The notes under the pieces: model-generated
What the model was told of the DNA's origin: nothing
Database searches by the model: none
What the model saw: the letters and a program-made list of their open reading frames with translations, nothing else
DNA from: a virus
Lineage: Duplodnaviria; Caudoviricetes
Virus record (IMG/VR): IMGVR_UViG_3300045450_000252
Coordinates: 13,534 to 77,533 of that record
Length of the DNA: 64,000 nucleotides
Strand: one strand, 5' to 3'
Made by a program: the position numbers and the translations under genes
Shown: positions 46,439 to 55,042 of the stretch, piece after piece
Layout: every line of letters starts with the position of its first letter
How positions within the stretch are numbered: position 1 is the first letter of the stretch

Positions 46439-47806
46439 ATGCAGCAACTGGTATTTGCCGGCAACGGCACCGCCTACCACCGGGGCCTGGGCGCGGCCGT
46501 GCGCCTGGGCGGTGCCCTGGCCGCCAGCGGCAGCAGCCGCACCGGGCCGATTCTCGCCGGCGGGGCCACGCCCTCGGCCCCGGTCGATAAGGGAGCCACG
46601 GCGGGCGTGGTGGCCCCGTGGGGGCCGGGCAACGACTGGCCGCAGCAGGTGCTGGCCGCCCTGGCCAAGAGCACCATTCTGTACCCGGTGCTGGATTGGA
46701 AAAACCGCGCCGTGTACGGCAGCGGCATCGTCTACGGCAAGGTTAGCGGCTATAAGCCGGACGGCTCCGAGATTTTTCAGCCCGTTAAAGACCCGGTACT
46801 GCGCGAGTTTTTCCGGCGCAGCAACCTGGAGCGCTACGGCTTCGAGGGCTTGCAGGGCCTGCTCTACTTCGGCCAGGGCTTTCCCGAGCTGATTCTCAGC
46901 AACGACCGCAGCCAGATTACGAGCGTCACCATCCAGGACGCGCCCTTCTGCCGCTACGCCACCCAGCAGCCGGGCCAGGCCCTGCCGCCGCACGTGTACA
47001 TCTCGGCTGGCTGGCCGGATGCCCGGCCCGGCGACGGCTACACCGAGCAAGTGCCCACGCTCGACCCCTACTACAGTGACATCGAGCACCTGCGGGCCGA
47101 CAAGCGCGGCTTCAAATACATCTGGCCGCTCTCGGTGTCGAGCCCAGGTAACGCGCTCTACCAGGTGCCGGCCTGGAGCGTCATTCTCAAGTCGCGCTGG
47201 TTCGACGTGGCCCTGGCCGTGCCCGAATTTAAGAAGCAGCTCTTCGATAACCAGCTCTCCATCAAGTACCTTATTGAGGCCGACGTGCGCTATTGGGAGT
47301 GGAAATACCCCAGTTGGAAGGATAAGAAGGACGAGGAACGCAAGCGCATCATCGCCGAGGAGCTGGATGCCTTCGAGAAGACGATGGCCGGCACGGCGGG
47401 CGCGGGCAAGACGCTGCTGAGCGTGACTATGCCCGACCCCACCGACCCGAGCAAGACGATTAAGGTGTTCACCATCACGGCCATCGACGACAAAATCAAG
47501 TCGGGCCTCTACATCGAGGACTCGCAGGAGGCGGCCAGCCACTTCTACACTGCCCTGCAGGTAGACGCTACCCTGGCCGGCGTATCGCCCGGCAAGGATA
47601 TTGGGTCGGGGAGTGGCTCGGACAAGCGGGTGGCCTTCAACGTGTTCGTGGCTACCCATAGCTTCTACCAGTCGCTGCTGCTGGAGGTGCTCAACTTCAT
47701 CCGCGACTACAACGGCTGGGACCCCGACCTGGAATTCCGCTTCCTCGTGCCACAGGTCAACACGGCCGATGCCAGTAAGGAAACCAACAAAAAAGCTGAC
47801 GGCTAA
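46439..47806 (+). CDS. Portal protein
   Basis: WGPGNDWPQ and GSGSDKRVAF; homolog of 4136-5467. Confidence 0.75.
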   Translation: MQQLVFAGNGTAYHRGLGAAVRLGGALAASGSSRTGPILAGGATPSAPVDKGATAGVVAPWGPGNDWPQQVLAALAKSTILYPVLDWKNRAVYGSGIVYGKVSGYKPDGSEIFQPVKDPVLREFFRRSNLERYGFEGLQGLLYFGQGFPELILSNDRSQITSVTIQDAPFCRYATQQPGQALPPHVYISAGWPDARPGDGYTEQVPTLDPYYSDIEHLRADKRGFKYIWPLSVSSPGNALYQVPAWSVILKSRWFDVALAVPEFKKQLFDNQLSIKYLIEADVRYWEWKYPSWKDKKDEERKRIIAEELDAFEKTMAGTAGAGKTLLSVTMPDPTDPSKTIKVFTITAIDDKIKSGLYIEDSQEAASHFYTALQVDATLAGVSPGKDIGSGSGSDKRVAFNVFVATHSFYQSLLLEVLNFIRDYNGWDPDLEFRFLVPQVNTADASKETNKKADG

Positions 47807-48831
47807 TGCTTCTCAAAACCCTCCCCGAGTTCCAGGGCTACGTGGCCGTGGACTTCAACCTGCAGACCGGCCTGCCGCCCAGCTTCGTGCTGGAGCTGGC
47901 CGAGACCGAGGCCACGCTCCTGGCCCCGTTGCTGGGTGCCCCGCTCTATACCTGGCTGCAAGCGGCTTACGACGCTCCGGACTTCGATGCCCAGGCCCCG
48001 ACGCCCGCCGCCGGCCTGCTGCGGGCCGTGCAGGCCCCGCTGGCCCGCCTGGCGGCCAGCACCGGCATCACGACCCACCAGGCCAGGATTGACGGCACGG
48101 GCGTGCACATCGTCAGCACCGACAAAATCAAGACGGCCTTCCAGTGGCAGAGCCGCGAACTGCAGGCCCTGCACCAGCGCCGCGGCTACCAGGGCCTCGA
48201 CGCCTTGGTGCAGTGGCTCGAAGACCACCGCGACGACGCGCCCGAGCTGCGGGCCTGGGCCGCCTCGCCCGCTGGCCGCCGGCACCGGTGCGAGCTGTTC
48301 ACCAGTGCCACGGCCTTTCAGGAGTACCAAAACATCGGTGGCTCCTGGCTCGTGTTCGAGGCCCTGCGCCCGGTGCGCCGCCGGCTGGAGGCCCAGGAGC
48401 TACGCACGGTGCTCGGCGAGGCGTTCCTGCAGGAGCTGCTTGAGCAGGTCGAGGCCCGCACGCTTACCAGCGAAAACGAGAACCTGCTGCGCAGCCGCGT
48501 GTACCCGGCCCTGGCCAGCCTCACCATCGCCCACGCCGTGCCCGCGCTGGCCCTGCGCCTGACACCGAGCGGCATCGACCTGGCCGTAGCCCGCCTTGAC
48601 GATGCCAACGCCAAGGAAGCCGATGCGGGCCTCAACGAGCTGCTGCGCCAACTAGCCCAGGAGTGCCTGGCCGTGGGCGAGCGCTACCTGCGTCAGCTCA
48701 CCGACCACCTCGACGCCAACGCCTCGGCCACGCGCTTCGCTACCTACTTCGCTTCCCCGGCCTACACCCCGCCTAATCGGCCGGCGGCGGTGCTCAATAC
48801 GCCCACTTCCAAAGTCCTCCGATTCTGCTAA
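47806..48831 (+). CDS. DUF6712-like protein
   Basis: Homolog of 5473-6471. Confidence 0.6.
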   Translation: MLLKTLPEFQGYVAVDFNLQTGLPPSFVLELAETEATLLAPLLGAPLYTWLQAAYDAPDFDAQAPTPAAGLLRAVQAPLARLAASTGITTHQARIDGTGVHIVSTDKIKTAFQWQSRELQALHQRRGYQGLDALVQWLEDHRDDAPELRAWAASPAGRRHRCELFTSATAFQEYQNIGGSWLVFEALRPVRRRLEAQELRTVLGEAFLQELLEQVEARTLTSENENLLRSRVYPALASLTIAHAVPALALRLTPSGIDLAVARLDDANAKEADAGLNELLRQLAQECLAVGERYLRQLTDHLDANASATRFATYFASPAYTPPNRPAAVLNTPTSKVLRFC

Positions 48832-48833
48832 TC

Positions 48834-49136
48834 ATGGACTTACTCTTCAAAATCCTGGCGGCGCTCTTTGGCTGCGTGAGCGTGGGGGCGGCCCTCTACA
48901 ACATCGCCACGAGCCGTAGCACGGCCAAGCAGCTGGCCAAGGAGCGCCGCGACGACGAGCGCCTCGACAACGTGTGCCTGCTGGCGGCCCGCACCGACCA
49001 GCGCGTCACCGGCATCGAGAGTCGCATCGGCAGCTTCGAGCAGCGGGTAGAAAAGCGCCTCGACCAAATCGCCGACGACGTGGGCGACTTCAAAGAAATG
49101 TTCACCAAGTTTCTCATCAACCACCACAAATCCTGA
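48834..49136 (+). CDS. TM plus coiled-coil lysis-region protein
   Basis: Positional analogue of 6473-6820 with little sequence similarity. Confidence 0.6.
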   Translation: MDLLFKILAALFGCVSVGAALYNIATSRSTAKQLAKERRDDERLDNVCLLAARTDQRVTGIESRIGSFEQRVEKRLDQIADDVGDFKEMFTKFLINHHKS

Positions 49137-49141
49137 CGCTT

Positions 49142-49549
49142 ATGCGCGCTTTCCTGCACAACCGTAACCCTGAAAATCTGGCCCGGCCCCAGCTGCTCTA
49201 CGGCTGGCTGCTTCGCCACAACGAGCTGCACCTGGCGGCCCTGCTCATGCTACTCTGGTATCCTATCCAGTTGGCTTTCGCCTGGTACTTCCCCGACGCG
49301 GCCCCGCTGAGTTCCACCCAGCTGCACAAGGTGCTGCTCACGGCCCTGGTCTTTGCCTTCGCCCACGGCTTTCTCTGGCTGGGCCTGCGCCTGAACCTGC
49401 CCATCATTCCGCGCTGGCTCAAAAAGCACTTCACCACCACCTTCTTATCCCTTACCCCGTGGCAAAAAATGCAGTTTTTCGCGTTCTTGTGGTCAGCCTA
49501 CTTGCTCTGCTTTGCCCTGATGTGGCACGGGGCCAGCCAAGCCGCGTAA
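49142..49549 (+). CDS. Probable holin, 135 aa
   Basis: Differs from 6840-7247 at 7 residues. Confidence 0.7.
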   Translation: MRAFLHNRNPENLARPQLLYGWLLRHNELHLAALLMLLWYPIQLAFAWYFPDAAPLSSTQLHKVLLTALVFAFAHGFLWLGLRLNLPIIPRWLKKHFTTTFLSLTPWQKMQFFAFLWSAYLLCFALMWHGASQAA

Positions 49550-50016
49550 GGCCTGCCGCCAACGTGCAGCGCCTGCTCGACTGGGAGCGCTCGCAGCTAC
49601 CCGTGCGCGAGCATGGCTACAACCGTGGCCCCGCGGTCGAGAGCTACCAGCGCACTACCGGCAACGCGCCGGGCTCGGAGTGGTGCGGCTCGTTTCAGGC
49701 TACGGCCAACGCTCGCTGCGGGCTGCCTTTTCCCGCGGCCGCCGGCGGCGCACGCTACTGGTTTCTGCTCACGAGCCCGCGCACGCTCTTTTTCCTGGGC
49801 GTGATGGGCAACGTGGATGCCATCGAGCCTGGCGACCGGGTGGGCTTCTGGAGCCCCGCCGCCCGGCGTATCGGCCACATCGGCATCGTCGAGGCCAAGA
49901 CCCGCCACGGCTTCACCACCATCGAAGGCAATACCGGCCGGCTGGCCAACGCGGGCGTGCACCGCCTCAGCCGCGGCCGGGGCGAAATCCACGCCGCCGC
50001 CAACTGGAGCTATTAG
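49459..50016 (+). CDS. CHAP-domain endolysin with N-terminal signal/SAR-like helix
   Basis: EWCGSF, GHIGIV and TIEGNT. Confidence 0.82.
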   Translation: MAKNAVFRVLVVSLLALLCPDVARGQPSRVRPAANVQRLLDWERSQLPVREHGYNRGPAVESYQRTTGNAPGSEWCGSFQATANARCGLPFPAAAGGARYWFLLTSPRTLFFLGVMGNVDAIEPGDRVGFWSPAARRIGHIGIVEAKTRHGFTTIEGNTGRLANAGVHRLSRGRGEIHAAANWSY

Positions 50017-50018
50017 CT

Positions 50019-50492
50019 ATGACCAGCAACTACACCCGCCCCCGTCGTTACGTGACCTTTCTCCTTCGCCTGTTCGCCCTACTAGCCGGCACTGCCCTGG
50101 TAGCCGGTACGCTGCCCAGCTGCGCCGGCAGCCAGGACGTGGCCGCGCTGCTCAGCCAGCCCCTCGACTCGACCATCCGCGCACAGGTAGCCCGCCAGGC
50201 TCCGACCGGTAAGGTCAAGCTCAAGGGCCACGTGACGATTCAGGTGGGCACCGGCAATGTCAGCGCGCCCAAGGCCCAAGCCCCGGTGGCCGCCGGGGCC
50301 AGCCAGGCCCAGGACTACACCAGGGCCGGTGCCCACGGCGGGGCACTGGCCACCGCGCCCCGCGCCTCGGCCGTGTCTACCACCCACGGCGGCGTGCCGC
50401 CCTGGCTGCTGGGCGCGGGCACAGTGCTCCTGGTGCTGGCGCTAGTAATCGGGCTGGTTTACAGGGTGCGTGCTAGGGTCTTTGGCCACTGA
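50019..50492 (+). CDS. Probable unimolecular spanin
   Basis: Lipobox LPSC and a C-terminal TM helix. Confidence 0.62.
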   Translation: MTSNYTRPRRYVTFLLRLFALLAGTALVAGTLPSCAGSQDVAALLSQPLDSTIRAQVARQAPTGKVKLKGHVTIQVGTGNVSAPKAQAPVAAGASQAQDYTRAGAHGGALATAPRASAVSTTHGGVPPWLLGAGTVLLVLALVIGLVYRVRARVFGH

Positions 50493-50527
50493 GTAACCTT
50501 GCCGCAGTGAGCCAATCTGATAAAAAG

Positions 50528-50562
50528 GCCCTTTTTTCGTGCGTTGGCCCGGCGTACCTTCG
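50528..50562 (+). promoter_or_regulatory. Late-promoter variant
   Basis: GCCCTTT-N24-TTCG with TACCTTCG as the -7 element. Confidence 0.55.
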
Positions 50563-50566
50563 CAGG

Positions 50567-50678
50567 GCAATCGTTACTGAAAAAATAAGCCGTTCACCCT
50601 GGCCATCGAACATACGGCCGGGGAGTAGGGGAGGAGTGTGACCTCCAAGCTAAGGGCGAACGGCTCAGTAGCGATTGC
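50567..50678 (+). ncRNA. Unclassified three-way-junction structured RNA
   Basis: 14-bp and 7-bp nested stems plus two hairpins with complementary loops. Confidence 0.55.
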
Positions 50679-50706
50679 AGCGATTTCCTCGGCTTGCTCG
50701 ATTACC

Positions 50707-50979
50707 ATGGCTAAGAACCACATGCCCACCGGTTTCGGCCGGACCCCGATGCCTAACGAGGCCGGCCAGAAGCCAAGTGTCAAGGAGTCTGAAAACGCCC
50801 CGCGCGAGGTGCCGCCGCCCTTAGTGGAGCCCCTGGCCATCGATGACGTGGAGCTCTACGAAATCCTCCAGCGCTACAACCTCCAACCCTTGGTGCCCCT
50901 GGCTAAGTTTGAGTATCAGCTCGTGGAGGTCATCGCTGCCCTCGAAAAACGGGTGCGGGAGCTAGACCCTGATTTGTAG
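50707..50979 (+). CDS. Hypothetical protein, 90 aa (moron)
   Basis: ATG at 50707 after the structured RNA; terminator 50989-51021. Confidence 0.6.
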   Translation: MAKNHMPTGFGRTPMPNEAGQKPSVKESENAPREVPPPLVEPLAIDDVELYEILQRYNLQPLVPLAKFEYQLVEVIAALEKRVRELDPDL

Positions 50980-51055
50980 TTTGAACAGGAACCCCGGTCC
51001 GACTACTGGGGTTCTTTTTTTACCTACACAGTACAGGCAAATCTCCTTAAACAGC

Positions 51056-51571
51056 ATGAAGAAACTAGTATACACTTGGTACCACGGCGGCGGCTTTATA
51101 GAAGGAGCTACTCCGCAAGAACTGGTAAACTCCCTACGCAATCATCTATATGGCGAGGCACCCAACATGGATGGTGCCGATTACATGGCCAATATTGCTC
51201 TCTACTGCCAGCGCTTGCAACCCGGCACGCAAGTGCGCTCTGATTCAGCGGTACACTTAGTCTTCGATTTAATCGAAGGAGGCTTCCTGAATCGCCCTGT
51301 ACCAACACCCGGCAATGACATCTTGCTGTATGCCTCATTGTACATGAAAGTGGCTGCGCCCGAATGGTTACCGGCTAAGTGGGACGTAGTAACTGAAATC
51401 CTCCCCATTGAAGGCGGAGAGAAGGGTTTGATGGTAAGTGTAAGAGGCTGGCTAGGCCCTGAATCCACAGAAGTGAAAAGAACTTTCTCAGTTGAGCAGC
51501 TAGTCAAGCCTTCCGTTTCATGGCATAGTAGAGCCAAAGACTTTGGACGTGAAGTCTACTACGGCGCATAG
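51056..51571 (+). CDS. Hypothetical protein, 171 aa (moron)
   Basis: Lower GC; flanked by terminators. Confidence 0.65.
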   Translation: MKKLVYTWYHGGGFIEGATPQELVNSLRNHLYGEAPNMDGADYMANIALYCQRLQPGTQVRSDSAVHLVFDLIEGGFLNRPVPTPGNDILLYASLYMKVAAPEWLPAKWDVVTEILPIEGGEKGLMVSVRGWLGPESTEVKRTFSVEQLVKPSVSWHSRAKDFGREVYYGA

Positions 51572-51591
51572 AATTGTTTTAATCATGTTAC

Positions 51592-51663
51592 AAAAAGCCT
51601 CGGCCTGCCCCGGTCGGGGCTTTTTTGTGTCCTTTTCTACCGAGGCAGGCTCCGGCAATTTCG
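51592..51663 (+). promoter_or_regulatory. Terminator followed by late-promoter motif
   Basis: Hairpin plus T-run; GTCCTTT 51629-51635, N24, TTCG 51660-51663; ATG at 51668. Confidence 0.7.
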
Positions 51664-51667
51664 GGGC

Positions 51668-52483
51668 ATGGAAACGCTACAAATCGGCACCGCGACCAAG
51701 CAGGTGCCCTCCACCTGGCACGAGCTGAGCCGCCAGCAACTGCTGCACCTGCTGCCCCTGGTGTACGCCCCCGCCCGGCCCGAGCGCCGCCTGCGGCTGC
51801 TGGCCATCCTGAGCGGCTATTCGCTGGCCGTGCTCACGAGCCTGCCGCCCGTGGTGCTGGCCCAGCTGCTACCCCTGACCGACTGGCTTGGCAGTGAGGC
51901 GCACCGCCTCACCGACCAGCTGCTGCCTACCCTGGCCGTGCCCAGCCGCCTGCCTGGCCGGCCTACCTCCTGGCACGGGCCGGCCGGGCAGTTTCGCAAC
52001 CTGCTCTTCGGCGAGTTCATCTTCGCCGATACCTTCTTCGTGCTCTACAGCCTGCACGGCCAGGCCGATTGCCTCGACAAGTTCCTGACGGTGCTCTACC
52101 GCCCCGCCCGGCCCGAGGCCGACCCCGAGGCCCCCGACTGGACGGGCGACGTGCGCTGGCCCTTCAACGAGCACCAGCTCGAGGCTCGTGCCCCCCGCGT
52201 GGCCTCAGTGCCGGCGGCGCAGAAGCTGGCCGTGCTCACCTGGTATCGCGGCTGCCGCGCCCAGCTCGCTGAGGAGTTTCCCGATGTGTTCGTGGCCGCC
52301 GAGCCCGACGCGCAGGCCAAGCCCGGCCCGCCGGATTGGGGCAGCGTACTGCGCAAGTTTTCGGGTGGGGCCTTCGGCACGGTGCAGCAAACGGCCCAGC
52401 AGCCGCTGCGCCTGGTGCTGGCCGAAATGCAGGATGCCGCCGCTGACTTTATCCGCCTCCAAACCCAAGCAAAACATGCGTAA
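51668..52483 (+). CDS. Tail-region hypothetical protein (chaperone-like)
   Basis: Homolog of 8221-9021. Confidence 0.7.
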   Translation: METLQIGTATKQVPSTWHELSRQQLLHLLPLVYAPARPERRLRLLAILSGYSLAVLTSLPPVVLAQLLPLTDWLGSEAHRLTDQLLPTLAVPSRLPGRPTSWHGPAGQFRNLLFGEFIFADTFFVLYSLHGQADCLDKFLTVLYRPARPEADPEAPDWTGDVRWPFNEHQLEARAPRVASVPAAQKLAVLTWYRGCRAQLAEEFPDVFVAAEPDAQAKPGPPDWGSVLRKFSGGAFGTVQQTAQQPLRLVLAEMQDAAADFIRLQTQAKHA

Positions 52484-53009
52484 CGCCGCCTACGAGGGCC
52501 TTTTTTACCGCCTGGCCCAGCAGCATATCCTCATTCGCCACCGCGACGAGGCCCCGCGCTTCGCCCGCATTATTGTGAGCGTGGACCCGCTGCAAAAACT
52601 CGCCGACCTGGCCGAGATGGAGGAGATGCTTACCAGCCGCTACCTCACGGCCGACTCGGGTCAGCAGGTGCTCGTGCTCGAATCGCTCCAGAGCCAGGTG
52701 CGCGACAACGGCGGCGACAACTACCAGCACGCCCGGCGCGGGGCCTTTTTCATCCTGAGCCAGGCCACCCAGGCCCAGGACGCGTGGGCCATCATCGACC
52801 AGACCGAAATCACGGGCGAGCAGCTGCTCGGGGCCGTGCTGCACGAGCTGGCCGATAACCCCAAAACCCGCCTCTCGGTGGGCAGCATCGCCCTGGATGC
52901 GGTCGGCCCCCTGGGCGACGGCACCTGGTACGGCACCCGCTTCGATTTCGAATTCTTCACCCCTGCCACCGGCGCGTTGCGCTACGACCCGGCAGCTTTC
53001 AAACTCTAG
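52476..53009 (+). CDS. Tail-region protein (tail terminator-like)
   Basis: Homolog of 9035-9580; ATG at 52476. Confidence 0.6.
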   Translation: MRNAAYEGLFYRLAQQHILIRHRDEAPRFARIIVSVDPLQKLADLAEMEEMLTSRYLTADSGQQVLVLESLQSQVRDNGGDNYQHARRGAFFILSQATQAQDAWAIIDQTEITGEQLLGAVLHELADNPKTRLSVGSIALDAVGPLGDGTWYGTRFDFEFFTPATGALRYDPAAFKL

Positions 53010-53011
53010 TT

Positions 53012-55042
53012 ATGGCCGGCGAACGCTTAGCTAAACTCACCCTCACCGCCGACTGGAACCCCGTCATTTTCAGCGGCACGAACTGGCTGGTGCAGACCAA
53101 GGAACTCCGTTTTCTGCTTGAGGGCCAGTGGGAAACTTTCGGCAGCGACGGCTGGAACCCCCGGGCCGGCACGCCCTTCAACGTGCCGTTCCCCACCAAC
53201 GACCCGGCCTTCAGCAAGACCGGTATGAGCAACCTGGCGCAAGCCCTGCGCGAGGTCATCACCGCCCGCAAGCTGCCCTACGTGGTGAGCGAGGTGCGGG
53301 AAGTGGGCCGCAACCCGAGCACCAACGTGATGCGCGTGGAGTTCGACGTGGCCGCGCTCGACTACGACCCGCGCTACGACCTCGATTTCATCTCCGTCGC
53401 CACCCCCACGGGCTGGTCATTCGTCAACCAGCGCACCGTGCGCCCGCTCGTGGCCAAGGCGTACGTGCAGGACGCCACGATTTTCGGCTCCGCTACGGGG
53501 GCCATCCAGATTGACGTAACCGCCTGGAATATTGCGCCCTTTACGTACGTCTGGGCCGACGACCCCGCCGTGGCCAGCGCCGTGCGCCTGGACGTGCGCG
53601 CCGGCACCTACGTGTGCACCGTGGCCGACCGAGCGGGCGCATCCACCACCCTGACGGTAGTCGTCAAATCCGACCCGCAGCTGTTGGTGCAGGTGCTGAG
53701 TACCGCGACCACCATCACCCTGGTGCCCAGCGGCGGTTTGCCGGGCTACACCTTTCTGTGGGACGACGGCTCGACGCTGGCCACGCGCACGGGCCTGGTG
53801 CCCGGCACCTACGATTGCACCGTCACTGATGCACGCGGGGCCACCCGCGACGTGAGCGTGCGCCTGGCGGCCTACCAGTACTATTGGAGCGGTAACCCCA
53901 TCACCCTTAGCCTCGACGCCGGGCCGGCCTACCGCCTCGACCCCACTACCAAGCCCAACCTCTCCTTTTTGTGCCAGGTATGGCTCGAAAAGGAGTACCT
54001 CAGTGGCACGTATGAGCCGGTGGGCGTGCTGCTGGAGCAGCCGGCCGATGCCGGCGGGCGCACTACGTTTGAGGTGCAGAGGCTGCTGGCCGCCTACCTC
54101 GAGCCCCACGTGCCCGCCCCGGGCCTGGTGGGGGTCGAGTTGGCCCGGCCGCTATTCCGGCGCTTCTTCCTGCAGCACAGTGAGCAGTTCGGGGCCGGCA
54201 CGCCGGTGCCGGGCGTGGGCACCAGCCTCGATCCGGGCTACGTGGTGCTCGGGGGCCTGAACTTCTACGAGGCTCAGGCCCGCACCTGGTTTAGCTATCA
54301 GCTCAGCCAGCGGCCCTTCCTGACGTGGGAGCCGGCGCGCAAGCACGTGCTGCCCGACCAGCCCGAGTACCTGTATTACATGCCCCTGGCCGGCGGCGGC
54401 GACTTCGCCGTGCAGGTGCGCGTGGCGTTCGACGACGGCACCGACCGGGTCGACGAGTTGCCGGGCAGCCTGGCCACCCGCGACTTCGAGGTGTACTGCC
54501 TGGCCACGGGCTACCAGGCCCTGGACCTGGGCAGCCTGGTCACCACCCAGCGCGGCATTTTGTGGTGGGAAGTGTGCGTGGTCACGCCCGGGGGCGGGCT
54601 GGTCCTCAGCGAGGTGCGCCGCTACGTGCTCGACAAGCGCACCTTCCCGCGCCGGCGCTACTTTCTGTTTGCCACGAGTTTGGGGGGCATGGCCACCTAC
54701 CCCGCTCTGGGCGAGGCCCAGACCGACGTGGACGTGACGGGCGAGGAGTCGGTGCTGAGCCTGCCCCCCGGCTACGACCCGCTGGCCGGCGACGTGGCCG
54801 TGCAGGCCCGCAGCCTGCGCCCCGTGCTGAAGGTGGCCGCCGGCAAGCGCACCCAGGGCCAGCTGCTGGCCAGCCAGGACTTGCTGCTGAGCCGGCGCGT
54901 GCTGCTGCTCCTGGGCCAGCGCTGGGTGCCGGGCTATCTCAAGGCCAAAACCAGCCCGCTGCTCGACGAGAGTAAGCGCGTGCTCACGCAAGAATTCGAG
55001 TTCATCCTGCCCACCGAGCAGCACTACACCCCATCCCTATGA
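53012..55042 (+). CDS. Tail protein with two SprB-like repeats
   Basis: Homolog of 9583-11628. Confidence 0.7.
   Translation: MAGERLAKLTLTADWNPVIFSGTNWLVQTKELRFLLEGQWETFGSDGWNPRAGTPFNVPFPTNDPAFSKTGMSNLAQALREVITARKLPYVVSEVREVGRNPSTNVMRVEFDVAALDYDPRYDLDFISVATPTGWSFVNQRTVRPLVAKAYVQDATIFGSATGAIQIDVTAWNIAPFTYVWADDPAVASAVRLDVRAGTYVCTVADRAGASTTLTVVVKSDPQLLVQVLSTATTITLVPSGGLPGYTFLWDDGSTLATRTGLVPGTYDCTVTDARGATRDVSVRLAAYQYYWSGNPITLSLDAGPAYRLDPTTKPNLSFLCQVWLEKEYLSGTYEPVGVLLEQPADAGGRTTFEVQRLLAAYLEPHVPAPGLVGVELARPLFRRFFLQHSEQFGAGTPVPGVGTSLDPGYVVLGGLNFYEAQARTWFSYQLSQRPFLTWEPARKHVLPDQPEYLYYMPLAGGGDFAVQVRVAFDDGTDRVDELPGSLATRDFEVYCLATGYQALDLGSLVTTQRGILWWEVCVVTPGGGLVLSEVRRYVLDKRTFPRRRYFLFATSLGGMATYPALGEAQTDVDVTGEESVLSLPPGYDPLAGDVAVQARSLRPVLKVAAGKRTQGQLLASQDLLLSRRVLLLLGQRWVPGYLKAKTSPLLDESKRVLTQEFEFILPTEQHYTPSL

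Noticed and set aside
6840-50016. Near-identical lysis segments as a DGR template/variable repeat pair
   Set aside because: No reverse transcriptase in the window; both copies are intact genes and the differences are not adenine-specific
50567-50678. Hammerhead, pistol or c-di-GMP-I identity for the structured RNA
   Set aside because: No CUGANGA/GAAA core on either strand, no pistol P1 pseudoknot order, and the GEMM-like GGGCAA start is not followed by a pairing GAAA stem
50574-50840. Minus-strand 88-aa ORF over the RNA
   Set aside because: Opposes the promoter and the 50707 gene; the stem pairing explains the sequence better
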